Shown here piece by piece: positions 15,212-27,829 of a stretch of 64,000 nucleotides of DNA (its first letter is position 1; every line of letters begins with the position of its first letter). The stretch comes from Octopus vulgaris (lineage: Eukaryota): positions 39,928,001 through 39,992,000 of the forward strand of contig OX597819.1 of NCBI GenBank assembly GCA_951406725.2, given 5' to 3'. The position numbers and the translations under genes are program-made. Below the pieces are notes generated by a model. That model was given only the letters and a program-made list of their open reading frames with translations. It was not told the origin of the DNA and did no database searches.

Positions 15212-15273
15212 TTCCCTTGACGAAACGAAAGGGTTCCTTAATAGGTCCCTAACGTCGAAATTGCAATAAGGAA
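15212..15273 (+). ncRNA. type-I hammerhead motif, U3 variant
   Basis: UUCCC-UUGACGA-AACG..(33 nt stem II)..CGUC-GAAA-UUGCAA-UA-AGGAA; stem III is the palindrome AUUGCAAU. Confidence 0.55.
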
Positions 15274-15534
15274 TTAACCAGTTATTTTTAAGTTGACGAT
15301 TCTATTCGTCATGTCGCCGGAAGACAGTTCTTATCGTGAGGAGAAATAATATGAGTGATATAATGGCTTTATAGTGGTTTTGGTTGCTATTTTTAACATG
15401 TAGGGATTTTTTAAAACCTCTTAATTATAATTGTGACTTGTTCATAATTATAAGCGTTTTACTTCTTTGTATGTGTCTATTGAGCGAAACATCTAAAGCT
15501 CCACGAAGTCTTTACTGTCCTGTTTTTGTTACCA

Positions 15535-15875
15535 TTTTTATCCCTCCGCAAAAAAATCGCAAATTTTATTTAATCTGCTTTTGCGGGAAGGATTGTTTCA
15601 ACTAAGTCGGGTCTCGTCTTTACCTTCGACACGCGGAGTAGATGAAACAGAGGCGGCCGAAGAAGGGGAATTTTCCTTGTGTTGTATGTCTTGTACTCTT
15701 TTTTTCGTTGTTTAAGAAAAATGTCCATTTCCTTGGTTTTGTGTTTATATTTCAGTTTCTCATTGTGTTCGACGCTTTTTTTTTGTGTCCTGTACCCATA
15801 TATGCATGTATATATACATATAGATGTAGGTACGTACATATATGTATGTATATATGCATATGTTTTATTTATTAA
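15535..15875 (-). repeat. dispersed repeat of unknown class, always next to (TA)n
   Basis: Reverse complement of 24290-24475; related to 56355-56730 (ATATATGGGTACAGGAC...). Confidence 0.65.
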
Positions 15876-15880
15876 TTTGT

Positions 15881-15921
<41 letters not shown>

Positions 15922-15924
<3 letters not shown>

Positions 15925-16645
15925 GCATACCTAATTCAACGTCGTTAATTGGTTTCACGAGACACGATATAAATCGAAAAACAACTTAAGTCGAATTAAC
16001 TTGTCTCTAGGCTAGGCTAGGCCGAATTTACTTGTCTCTAGGTTAAACCGATAATAACCATTCCCAGTTCTGTACTTTATTTATGAATGCATTTTCAATA
16101 ATACATAGTAAATAAAAACGTATTTTAAGTTTACAAACAAATGATTTTTATTTTTTTTATATAGTACAGTAAAGAAAAAAACGTAATCTAAACGTATGAA
16201 TACAATTTGGCGGTGTTTACCGTACATCGCAGACGCTTTATTTATGAATGCAATTTGCAATAAGGCATGGTGAAATAAAAGCCATTTTTAAGCTTTAAAA
16301 ACAAATTCAGTTATTAGTATTATTTTGTAATAGTAAAAAGAAAACTAGATTATTTTAAATTTACCAATACACACATAAATTTGGTGATTTCGTGATTTCT
16401 CGATTTCGTTCACTAAGCCACACTACTTTGTGATGCGTATCTTAACATTTATTGTACGTATTTTAATATGATTTTATAAGCTTTTATTCTTATTTATTAA
16501 CGGTTTTCTAGTGATTTTACGATTCCAATATTGTGGCGGACAGATGTAAAGTCGAGTAAAATGACTTGACTCGTTTTTATTTTTCCATATATTATTTTTG
16601 AAAACCGAAGTTTAATAGAGAACGACTTAAGCCGAGGTATGCCTG
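15922..16645. mobile_element. pogo/Tigger-like MITE
   Basis: TIRs CAGGCATACCT / AGGTATGCCTG; TA on the left and TG (decayed TA) on the right; no ORF. Confidence 0.75.
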
Positions 16646-16685
16646 TGAACGTATATATGTATACATATATGTATATATGTATACA

Positions 16686-16830
<145 letters not shown>

Positions 16831-17002
16831 AATATTAGGGAATAAATCCAAATTTACAGGGAAAAAATCAGATTTGGGATTAAATCCAATTTTATAGTAA
16901 AATATTATAAAATATTATTAGAGACAAAACCACTATTTTGCAAAACAAACAAGGAAAGACTTAATCAATACATAAAATTTTAATAAATAGTCAAAAAAAC
17001 CG

Positions 17003-17045
17003 CCACTACAATCGTTTCTTGTCTTAATCGACAATCTTCAGGTGG
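17003..17045 (-). ncRNA. minimal type-I hammerhead ribozyme
   Basis: Exact reverse complement of 20506-20548. Confidence 0.8.
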
Positions 17046-20000
17046 ACTTCAATCTAAAATATCAATATTTTAAAATATACAAATAATAATTTTAAAATAA
17101 TTAAAGTATGAATGAAAAAATATAAATATATAATCCATATATAACCTATATATAATCCATATATAATCAATATATAAACAATATATAAACTAAAATAAAC
17201 CTATCAACAATTAAATATAAAATATAAAATATAAAATATAAAATATAAAACAAAACAAAAAAAATAATAATAATATAATAATAAACTATATATACACCCA
17301 TACACATATACCTAATTATATATAACCATATCTAACTACATACACTAAACCACACACCTATATATATATCCCTATACATACACATAAAAACGTCTAGGCA
17401 ACGATAAATAAATAAAATAGCTAAATACTTCAACACAATACTTATTCATACTCCCACACACACACACATACAACCCACATTCACGCTCTAGAAAACGGAC
17501 ATCACTCAAAATTATGAACGGAGAAATGGAATAAATGGAATTAAAAATTATATTCACTTGGTAAAACGAACACTACTTAAAAATTATGAATGAAACAATG
17601 CAATAAAACAACAGACATCGCAAATATACACAAATTACTACGAATTCCTTAACAAACCTACCATGATAAACCAAAACTCACAAAAACATATAATGATAAA
17701 ATCTCCCTTTACTAAACTCTATAACATACCTATATAGCAATCCCCCTAACCTAAACATTCACACACAAATACACACACGTAAACCACACACCCACGACAT
17801 ATACAAATACCCACACCACTTACACATACCAATACATACATATAAACCTCAACATATACTCCAAAAACCCACTTAGCTTATCATGGTAGTTTTATAAAAG
17901 AATCCATTCATAATTTTTGTGTTTATTTGTATGTGTGGGGTTGAGTGGGTTTTGGAGTATATGTTGAGGTTTATATGTATGTATTGGTATGTGTAAGTGG
18001 TGTGGGTATCTGTATATGTCGTGGGTGTGTGGTTTACGTGTGTGTATTTGTGTGTGAATGTTTAGGTTAGGGGGATTGCTATATAGGTATGTTATAGAGT
18101 TTAGTAAAGGGAGATTTTATCATTATATGTTTTGTGAGTTTGGTTTATCTTGGTAGGTTTGTTAAGGAATTACTCTCACCCATTCGCACGGATGTGAATC
18201 TCCGGTGTATATGTTGAGGCTTATATGTAGCGCTGTGGAGGCGAACGTCGTTGAAATTGTGAATGAATGGGTGGAGTTGGGAATTGTAACCGGGTGGTGG
18301 ACTAGCGTTGCTTGGAATTGTGAGTGGAATAGTGTAGTAGTGAGGTAGGCATCGAGAATAGGTTTGGGTTGCTGCAAGTTGTTTGTTAGAGCTGCTAAGG
18401 TGAGCTAAAGCTCATAAATGTATATAATGATTTTTCATGGTAGTTTTTTAAAAGAATCCATTCATAATAAATTTTTTTAAGTAGTGTTGGTTTGCCACGT
18501 GGATATAGTTTTTAGTTCCATTTATTCTTTTTCTCCATTCATAATTTTAAATGACGTTTACTTTCCATGACGCGTTTTCTTTTTTTACATAAGTTATTTC
18601 TATGGTAACGTAATTTTGGTTTGATTTTTAACGGCTAAGAATTTAATTTCACTTTATAATTTGAAACTGACTTGTAAGTATGTATTTTATTTATCCTTAT
18701 GTCATATTGTTATTTTTGATATTCTGGTTAATTACGATGTATTTAATGTTGTTTTCATAGGAGTGTTTATGTATATGAGATTGTGTGTGAGTTTTTAGTT
18801 GTATAATTTATTTATCTGTATGAGTGTGGGTGTGTAAATATTGTTGTATATATCGAGTTTAGTGAGTATGTATATGCGTATATGTGAGGGAGTATATGTA
18901 TTTGTTGTGTGTGTGTGTTTTGCCTGTGTGTGTGTTTGTGTGTGAATGTGTATATGGGTTTGTTATTTAGGTTTTAGGATGTATGTGTTAATTTGTCTGT
19001 GTGTGGAGGGAGTGGATTTTGGTGTATATTGAGGTTTATAAGTTAGTATAGGTATGTGTATAAGTCGTGGGTCTGTGGTTTACGTGTGTGTATTTGTGTG
19101 TGAATGTTTGGGTTAGGGGGATTGCTATATAGGTTTGTTATAGAGTTTAGCAAAGGGAGATTTTATCGTTATATGTTTTTAAGAGTTTTGGTTTATCATG
19201 GTTTTTTTAGGGAATTCGTGGTAATTTGTCTATTTTCGATGTTGGTTGTTTTATTGCATTGTTTCATTCATAATTTTTGAGTGGTGTTCGTTTTGCCACG
19301 TGAATATTATTTTTAATTCCATTTATTCCATTTCTCCATTCATTAATTTAGAGATGTTCGTTTCCGGAGCGGTTATACTTTTTATACATATGTTAAGTTC
19401 CTTGGTAAAGTAATTTTGTTCGTGTATATGTTGAGGCTTATATGTACTTGTGGGTGTGTGTGAGTGGGGTGGGTGTTTGTATTTGTTATGGGTGTGTGGT
19501 TTACATGTGTGTTTTTGTGTGTGAATGTATAGGTTAAAGGGATTGCTATATAAGTATGTTATAGTGTTTAGTAAAGGGAGGTTTTATCATTTCTGTTTTG
19601 TGAGTTTTAGCTTATCATGGTAGTTTTATAAAAGAATCCATTCATATTTTTTGTGTTTATTTGTCTGTGTGGGGTTGAGTGGGTTTTTGGAGTATATGTT
19701 GAGGTTTATATGTATGTATTGGTATGTGTAAGTGGTGTGGGTATTTGTATATGTCGTGGGTGTGTGGTTTACGTGTGTGTATTTGTGTGTGTATGTTTAG
19801 GTTAGGGGGATTGCTATATAGGTATGTTATAGAGTTTAGTAAAGGGAGATTTTATCATTATATGTTTTTGTGAGTTTTGGTTTATCATGGTAGGTTTGTT
19901 AAGGAATTCGTAGTAATTTGTGTATATTTGCGATGTCTGTTGTTTTATTGCATTGTTTCATTCATAATTTTTAAGTAGTGTTCGTTTTACCAAGTGAATA

Positions 20001-20505
20001 TAATTTTTAATTCCATTTATTCCATTTCTCCGTTCATAATTTTGAGTGATGTCCGTTTTCTAGAGCGTGAATGTGGGTTGTATATGTGTGTGTGTGGGAG
20101 TATGAATAAGTATTGTGTTGAAGTATTTAGCTATTTTATTTATTTATCGTTGCCTAGACGTTTTTATGTGTATGTATAGGGATATATATATAGGTGTGTG
20201 GTTTAGTGTATGTAGTTAGATATGGTTATATATAATTAGGTATATGTGTATGGGTGTATATATAGTTTATTATTATATTATTATTATTTTTTTTGTTTTG
20301 TTTTATATTTTATATTTTATATTTTATATTTTATATTTAATTGTTGATAGGTTTATTTTAGTTTATATATTGTTTATATATTGATTATATATGGATTATA
20401 TATAGGTTATATATGGATTATATATTTATATTTTTTCATTCATACTTTAATTATTTTAAAATTATTATTTGTATATTTTAAAATATTGATATTTTAGATT
20501 GAAGT

Positions 20506-20548
20506 CCACCTGAAGATTGTCGATTAAGACAAGAAACGATTGTAGTGG
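20506..20548 (+). ncRNA. minimal type-I hammerhead ribozyme
   Basis: CCAC-CUGAAGA-UUGUC(GAUUAA)GACAA-GAAA-C(GAUU)G-UA-GUGG; complete core, all stems pair, GUA site. Confidence 0.8.
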
Positions 20549-20635
20549 CGGTTTTTTTGACTATTTATTAAAATTTTATGTATTGATTAAGTCTTTCCTT
20601 GTTTGTTTTGCAAAATAGTGGTTTTGTCTCTAATA

Positions 20636-20688
<53 letters not shown>

Positions 20689-20692
20689 ACAC

Positions 20693-20723
<31 letters not shown>

Positions 20724-20728
20724 TATAT

Positions 20729-21121
20729 AGGAGTGGATGTGTAGTAAGTAGCTTGCTTACCACCCACATGGTTTCAGGTCCAATCCCACTGCATGGCACC
20801 TTGAGCAAGTGCCTTCAACTATAGCCACGGGCCGGCCAAAGCCTTATGAGGGGATTTGGTAGACGGAAAGAATCCCGTTGTATATGTGTGTGTATGTGCG
20901 TGTGTGTGTATGTTTGTGTGTCTGTGTTTGTCCACCACCATCGCTTGACAGCCGATGTTGGTGTGTTTACGTCCCTGTAACATAGCGGTTCGGCAAAAGA
21001 GACCGACAGGATAAGTACTAGACTTACAACGAATAAGACCTGGTGTCGATTTGTTCGACTAAAATCGGTGCTCCAGAATGGCCGCAGTCAAATTTTCGAA
21101 ACAAATAAAAGAATAAAAGAA
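20729..21121 (+). mobile_element. family B SINE, full length
   Basis: Colinear with 36953-37420. Confidence 0.8.
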
Positions 21122-21177
21122 TATGTGTGTATGTATGTATGTATGTATGTATGTATGTATGTATGTATGTATGTATG

Positions 21178-21270
<93 letters not shown>

Positions 21271-21275
<5 letters not shown>

Positions 21276-21483
21276 TAAGCCAAGCAAGAAAGCACAAAAA
21301 ACACAACAACGCAAGGACGTGGAACAAATATATTATTATTGGATGCTCAGGAAAGAAGGAAAGAAGAAGGGTTTAAAGTTTCGAGCGGAGCTCTTCGTCG
21401 GAAACATAGGAGAAGGAAAGATACAGAGAAGGGAAGACAGAGGAAAAAAATTGCCAACGGTACGCACGCGGTCACATTTTGAA

Positions 21484-21485
<2 letters not shown>
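21271..21485 (-). mobile_element. short hammerhead-bearing element (family HH-A)
   Basis: Homologous to 52561-52770; (TA)n on both sides; motif at 21371-21405 reads GUUU-CCGACGA-A-GAGC(UCC)GCUC-GAAA on the minus strand. Confidence 0.65.
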
Positions 21486-21559
<74 letters not shown>

Positions 21560-21621
21560 GTATATATGTATGTATGTATATATGTATTTATGTACATATG
21601 TATATATGTATATATATATTG

Positions 21622-21830
21622 TAGAAATGAGTTGCGACGTCACTGGTGCCAAGCTGTATCGACCTTTGTCTTTCCCTTGGATAACACTGGTGGCGTGGAG
21701 AGGGGAGGCTGGTATGCATGGGCGACTGCTGGTCTTCCATAAACAACCGTGCCCGGACTTGTGTCTAGGAGGGTAACTTTCTAGGTGCAATCCCATGGTC
21801 ATTCATGACCGAAGGGGGTCTTTACCCTTT
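21622..21830 (+). repeat. GC-rich SINE/LINE 3'-like fragment between (TA)n tracts
   Basis: Discrete GC-rich block ending CTAGGTGCAATCCCATGGTC...GGGGGTCTTTACCCTTT; class not certain. Confidence 0.4.
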
Positions 21831-21885
21831 ATATATATATGTATATATATATATTCATATATATATATATATATATAAACACACA

Positions 21886-23124
21886 TGAGGAGGTACCGAA
21901 AAGTCCCTGGCTTTAAGGGCGTCGTGAAAGGTAATGTTATTACCTTTGCAGGGGAGGTAGGACAACTGTTTAGTAGGAGATATGTTGAAGGATGGCTACC
22001 TATCTTATTCAAAGTTCCTGACTGATTATTTCAAGTCCACAGATGTACCCCGGTCAGGACGACCAACTTCCGCGACCGCAGAGAGCAGAGCTGACGCTGT
22101 GCACGTCATGTTTCTCGAGGACGGCTGGAGTTCAACAAAAGTCATAGCTGAGATTCTGGGAATTTCCCGCGAAGGACTTAATCACATTATTCACAACATT
22201 CTGGACATGAGAAAGTTTTCTGCAAAATGGGTGCCGAAATGCCTGAACGCAGATCAAAAGCACATCAGAATGATGACATCAAAGGCGATTTTGGACCGGT
22301 TTGCAGCGGAAGAAGCTGATTTTATGGCTCGTTCAGTCATTATGGATGAAATCTGGTTTCATCATTATGATCCTCAGACCAAGTGGCAATCAATGGAATG
22401 GCACCACAGCGATTCACCAAGAACTTTCGGACTCGGAAGTCAGCTGGAAAGATTCTGGCTTCAGTGTACTTATTTCTTTATTGCCCACAAGGGGTTAAAC
22501 ATAGAGGGGGACAAACAAGGGCAGACAAAAGATTAAGTCGATTATATCGACCCCAGTGCGTAAATGGTACTTTTTTAATCGACACCGAAAGGATGAAAGG
22601 CAAAGTCGACCTTGGCGGAATTTGAACTCAGAACGCAGCGGCGGACGAAATACTGCAAAGAATTTCGCCCGGCGTGCTAACGTTTCTGCCAGCTCGCCGC
22701 CTTTCTGTGTTTTGGCTTCAGTGTTCTGGGAAAAAGACGGAGCACTCCTCATTAAATACCTGTCAAAGAGTCACACCATCAACGCAGAGTACTACATGTT
22801 TTTGTTGATAGAGCTTTGATATAGAAACGCCAAGGAAAGCTGAGCTTTGGTATCCTGTTTTTGCAGGACAATGCATCAGCATACAGAGCACATGAAACTC
22901 TACGGAAAATACGCAACATTGGCTTCGTGTTGGTAAACCACCCACCTTACTCTCCTGATTTTGCCCCTTCCGACTATCACCACTTCCCAACAACTGAAGA
23001 AACATCTCAAGAGAACGAAATTTCACTCCGATTCGGAAGTGATCGCTGCTACAAGGCCCTAGTTGGAGGCCCAACCTTCTGAGTTCTTTTTACGGGGTTG
23101 AGAAAAACTGAAGGACGACTGAAA
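21886..23124 (+). mobile_element. mariner (DD34D) transposon pseudogene, SINE-interrupted
   Basis: KWVPKCL, MDEIWFHHYDP, QDNA, HPPYSPDFAPSDY motifs; 5' TIR-like GAGGAGGTACCGAAAAGTCCCTGG. Confidence 0.88.
22468..22701 (-). mobile_element. family C SINE inserted in the mariner
   Basis: Full reverse-complement SINE; 15 bp TSD TTCTGGCTTCAGTGT (22453-22467) / TTTTGGCTTCAGTGT (22710-22724). Confidence 0.85.
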
Positions 23125-23275
23125 TAGGAATTGAAAAAGTCTTTTACGTTTCGAGCCTATTCTCTTCACAGAGAGGAACACAGAAAGAAACAAGGAGAGA
23201 AAAAAATGTGTGTAGTGGTTACCGCTCTATCATGGCGACTGCCGGGCACTCAGGAGGGCGAAGAAGTAGGGGATA
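23125..23275 (-). mobile_element. HH-B element with decayed hammerhead (23141-23175)
   Basis: Matches 2703-2800 and 35935-36045. Confidence 0.6.
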
Positions 23276-23471
23276 TATATATATTTAGCTAGTTGTGTGC
23301 GAAGTTGGGGTATTTCCAGAGAAGCACTCAACCAGAATACTGTGCTAGCAACACTGTCGAGATCCAAGCCTAAGTCGGAATACTTTTGGTGCAGAAAATC
23401 CAAATTTCACGACGATTATACCGTCAAATGGTTTGGCGAAGAGTAAATAATGCAATGAAAAGACAAAAAAT

Positions 23472-24188
23472 ATTCTTTAACACATCTTTAATAATAAGTT
23501 ACACATGTTTCCGTACCATCTCCATTTGCAACGCTAGTTTACTCGAAAATTCTAAAAGAAAATTACGTAATATATGCGATTTTAGGCATTGGAGAGGCAT
23601 ACCATCAGACTGGTGCGTCTACCAAACCTTGTTGTTACAAAAGTATCGGGAAGAAATAAAAAGGAAAAAATTAAAAGTGTGTATGCGGGATATGTGGCGG
23701 GGGGAATCAAGAGGGTAAATACGTATAAAAATAGGAGGGAGAAAAGGAAGAAGGCGAATAGAAGAAGGCGAAAGAAAAGAATCGGAAGACGGTGAAGGAA
23801 AGAAACTACTTCTTACTTTCCTTCTCCGTCTTCTGATTCTATTCTTTTGCCTTCTATTCGTTCCCCCGCCTTCCTTTTCTCCCTCCTATTCACCCTCTTG
23901 ACTCCCCCCCCCCCACACACACACACACATAATTTCTTTCCCAGTGACCCATCCCGCATACACACTTATTTTTTTTCCTTTTTATTTCCTCCCGATACTT
24001 TCGTAACAACAAGGTTTGATAGACGCACAATTTAATAGCTTGACTTTGATACCAGTCTGATGAAGTGGCTGTCCAATGCCTAATATATTACGTAATTTTT
24101 CTTTCAAAATTTTCGAGTAAACTGGAGACGCAAATGGAGATTGAACGAAAACATGTGTAACCTTATTATTCAAAATGTGTTAAAGAAT
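23472..24188. repeat. diverged ~715 bp palindrome with a long-stem-II hammerhead motif in each arm
   Basis: Centre near 23810; motifs at 23497-23611 (-) and 24054-24162 (+). Confidence 0.75.
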
Positions 24189-24289
24189 TTGTCTTATTTT
24201 CATTCTATGTATATATATATATATATTAAGATAAAACTTACTTAGAAATGGATGCGTGCGTTCCGTCATATAATAACCAATTAATAAAT

Positions 24290-24465
24290 AAAACATATGC
24301 ATATATACATACATATATGTACGTACCTACATCTATATGTATATATACATGCATATATGGGTACAGGACACCAAAAACGTCGAACACAATGAGAAACTAA
24401 AACATAAACACAAAACCAAGGAAATGGACATTTTTCTTAAACAACGAAAAAATAGAGTACAAGAC

Positions 24466-24475
<10 letters not shown>
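24290..24475 (+). repeat. copy of the 15535-15875 dispersed repeat
   Basis: Near-identical reverse complement of 15685-15870. Confidence 0.7.
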
Positions 24476-24507
<32 letters not shown>

Positions 24508-24532
24508 GTACATATATATATTTATACACACA

Positions 24533-24604
<72 letters not shown>

Positions 24605-24847
24605 TCTGAGAGAGTTCGTATGTGAAAGCACGTGGTTGGATGTATAAAAAACAAAATAGAGTAAAAAATTACAGAAGACTTCTGTTATATGGTTAAAGAA
24701 TATATTTGAATCGTTATGCTAGAAAAATGTTATAAAATTTTGTGTAAAGTAACATTGTTTTTGGAGAAATAACCGGTTTCGCATTTTTTTTTCAAACTTC
24801 TCAAATTTCTTTACCGATACTTTGTTATCTCTTCGCTCTAATTTGTC

Positions 24848-24929
<82 letters not shown>

Positions 24930-24952
24930 GCATACATACATACATACATACA

Positions 24953-25039
<87 letters not shown>

Positions 25040-25256
25040 ACGTATATAAATAAGTAACAAAGATGGACTCTGCACTTCGGAAATACTATAGAAAGTACCT
25101 TTATATAAAAAGGACATGGGAGGATACCTTCACTTTGCTGGGTTGAGTTGTCTGCACACACGAATATTCAATATTCAAATAATGTTGCTGAGGTATGGGG
25201 ACTATACCGAACTAGCAAGGTGCGTCAGTTTAAGTACCGAATTCAACTGAATCTTA

Positions 25257-25332
<76 letters not shown>

Positions 25333-26840
25333 CACACACACACAAGCAGAAGAACCCGGTTTCACTCGGGTCATAAACTCATAGCCTTAACATAGTACTC
25401 TTTGTTATTAGTGTACTTTGACGCCTTTCTTCTAGACATAGTTAGGTAAATATTTCGTAAAGGACCCGTTCGTACCTCGGTGTGAAATAATAATAATAAT
25501 AATTTTTTGACCCCTCCCCACCTTTGTTTTCCGGAAAAGTTAGCTTGCAGTGGGTTTGGAGGACAAATACTTTGAATGCACTCGAAAAAAAAACCCGTAG
25601 AAAAAAATTACTTCACACTGAGGTCCTTTACGAAATATTAACCCATGGTTATTTATTGACACAAAAATACACAGTCTCTGTGGTTTCTCTTTCATCTGTT
25701 CTTTCACTTTCCTCCCAAAAATGTTGGTGCCCCCACGTATATGTAATTCAAAATATAATCAATCAATAATAAACCATAAAATATATTTTCATTTTCCAAA
25801 ATGAAACAAAACTAACAGTAAGATGGAAAATAATGTTTATTTTTATATACTTCCACTTTACTTATATTTGGAAAGTTTTCTCCTACTTCTTTTAAATGCA
25901 AAGTTTTTAATCAGATCCTCACTATGGCACCGATCATATAAACCACTTCGAATTTTATTTTAGCAAGTTTAAAATGTTTTCTTTTGTATGTAAATCATTT
26001 ATCATTTCTGTGGTGTCCCCCACCCTTCCCTTGCACTCATTATTCATACACCAAATGGACGACAGTGTATTTGAAACTAGATTTCAAGATTTCTAATTAT
26101 ATTTACGCATTTTGTATATACACACAATATTAAATCGGCAACACACTTCAGAATTAGTTAGTTAGATAAACTTGGAATTACCCTGCACTTAAACGGGAGT
26201 CACGAAAATTCACTGCACACTTTGAATATTTCACGACGTACTTAACTTTAGCAAAACATAAGAGCCTCTATTATTATTCATTTCTGCCCCTTGTGCGCAA
26301 TAAAGAAACACTTTTATTATTCATTTGTACTATATAACTCACACACAGTTTAGTTTTTATTAAGCAACTCGGAATATGTTATTCCAATGACTTTACTCAA
26401 CAGGAAATACACTACTGTTAAGTTGAAAATTGTGTTAACAAAATAACAAAGGAGCAGCGAAAATTATCGAATAAATGAAATAAGCAAAGTCTTAAGTATA
26501 ATTGTGCAATATATTCACACGCATATAAACTATTTTGTATACCAAAAACACCATGATATGCCTGACAATCCACTGCGTTCTAAATAAAAATAAAAGTAAT
26601 AGCCACTACATTCTAAATAAAAACAAGAAATACCTTACAAAAATGTTGTCATACCCAACCCAGTTATTAAGGTTTTAAATACTAGACTTTGTACTTTTGA
26701 CATTTTCCTAGTCAAAGCAAAGACTTAAAGCCAATAAAAATATCATGTGCCTACCTAACAAAATGGACACACCTAATCACACACATACACACTTGCTTAC
26801 AAGCTCTACGTACTTAAATTCTAAGCAATAACACAACTCT

Positions 26841-26923
<83 letters not shown>

Positions 26924-26924
<1 letters not shown>

Positions 26925-26968
26925 GGAGGCGCAATGGCCCTGTGGTTAGGGCAGCGGACTCGCGGTCA
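26924..26968 (+). mobile_element. tRNA-like SINE head fragment
   Basis: GGAGGCGCAATGGCCCTGTGGTTAGGGCAGCGGACTC directly after (TAA)n. Confidence 0.5.
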
Positions 26969-26989
26969 TGTTTTGCTACAATTTCTCTT

Positions 26990-27820
26990 TCTTTTTAGAT
27001 ATCATCAGAAAAAAGTAATTAAAATTCATTAAAATGACAGATCTATGGGACTTTCAAAGAGGACAAATTGTTGGTGCTCGTATGGCAGACACTGGCGTAA
27101 CTAAAACGGTCGAAATGTTTGGTGTATCAAGAAGTACTGTCTCGAAAGTAATGACTGGCTTTGAGAAAGAGGGAAAAACCTCGTCGAACAAAACTCCAGA
27201 AGAAAACCAAAACTTTCAAATAGGGGCCGTCGGACTCTTACACGAATTGTTAGAAAGGATCACAAAAGTAAAACTCCCAAATTTACTACAGAACTTAATA
27301 ACCACTTGATAACCCAGTTTCCACAAAAACTGTTCGCCGGGAGCTGCACAGAACTTGATTTCACGGGAGGGCTGGAATCAGAAAACCGCTACTTTCAAAA
27401 ACAAACGTTGCAAAGCATTTAGAGTGGAGTTAAAACCTACAGAATTGGTCCCTAGAACAGCGGAAAAATATTATTTTCCCGGACAAGTCATCTTTTACCT
27501 TATTTCCGACAACCGGCCGAGTATACGACTGGACACAGCCTAAAGAAGCATTTGACCCAGACTGCCTTCTTCCAACTGTTAAACATGGAGGAGGATCTGT
27601 GATGATCAGGGGGGCTATATCTTGGAAATCCGCCGGCCCAACGGTTTCCTTTCATGGCAGAATTAACATTCAAGACTATTTAAGCATTTTATCTGATCAA
27701 ATTCATCCTATGGGTGTGGAACTGTTTCCGGAGGAAAACGCAATCTTTCGGGATGATAATGGACCAATTCACATAGCTGAAGTTAGTACTGAATGGCACG
27801 AGAAACATTCTAGTGAATAT
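26990..27820 (+). mobile_element. Tc1 transposase pseudogene, 3'-truncated
   Basis: DLWDFQRGQIVGAR..GVSRSTVSKV (HTH), TVKHGGGSVMI, IFRDDNGPIH. Confidence 0.85.
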
Positions 27821-27829
27821 TAAAATACA

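Larger units (their letters stand above)
16904..20645. mobile_element. Penelope-like structure: ~970 bp near-perfect inverted repeat with internal tandem units
   Basis: 16904-17874 is the reverse complement of 19678-20645; a hammerhead in each arm; (TA)n on both sides. Confidence 0.75.

Noticed and set aside
15620-15680. Possible type-II hammerhead in the 15535/56355 repeat family
   Set aside because: Core-like words are present, but stem I does not pair in either copy.
18162-18400. Possible GIY-YIG C-terminal remnant inside the large inverted repeat
   Set aside because: Only a weak RHENRF-like match that requires a frameshift; not supportable without a profile search.
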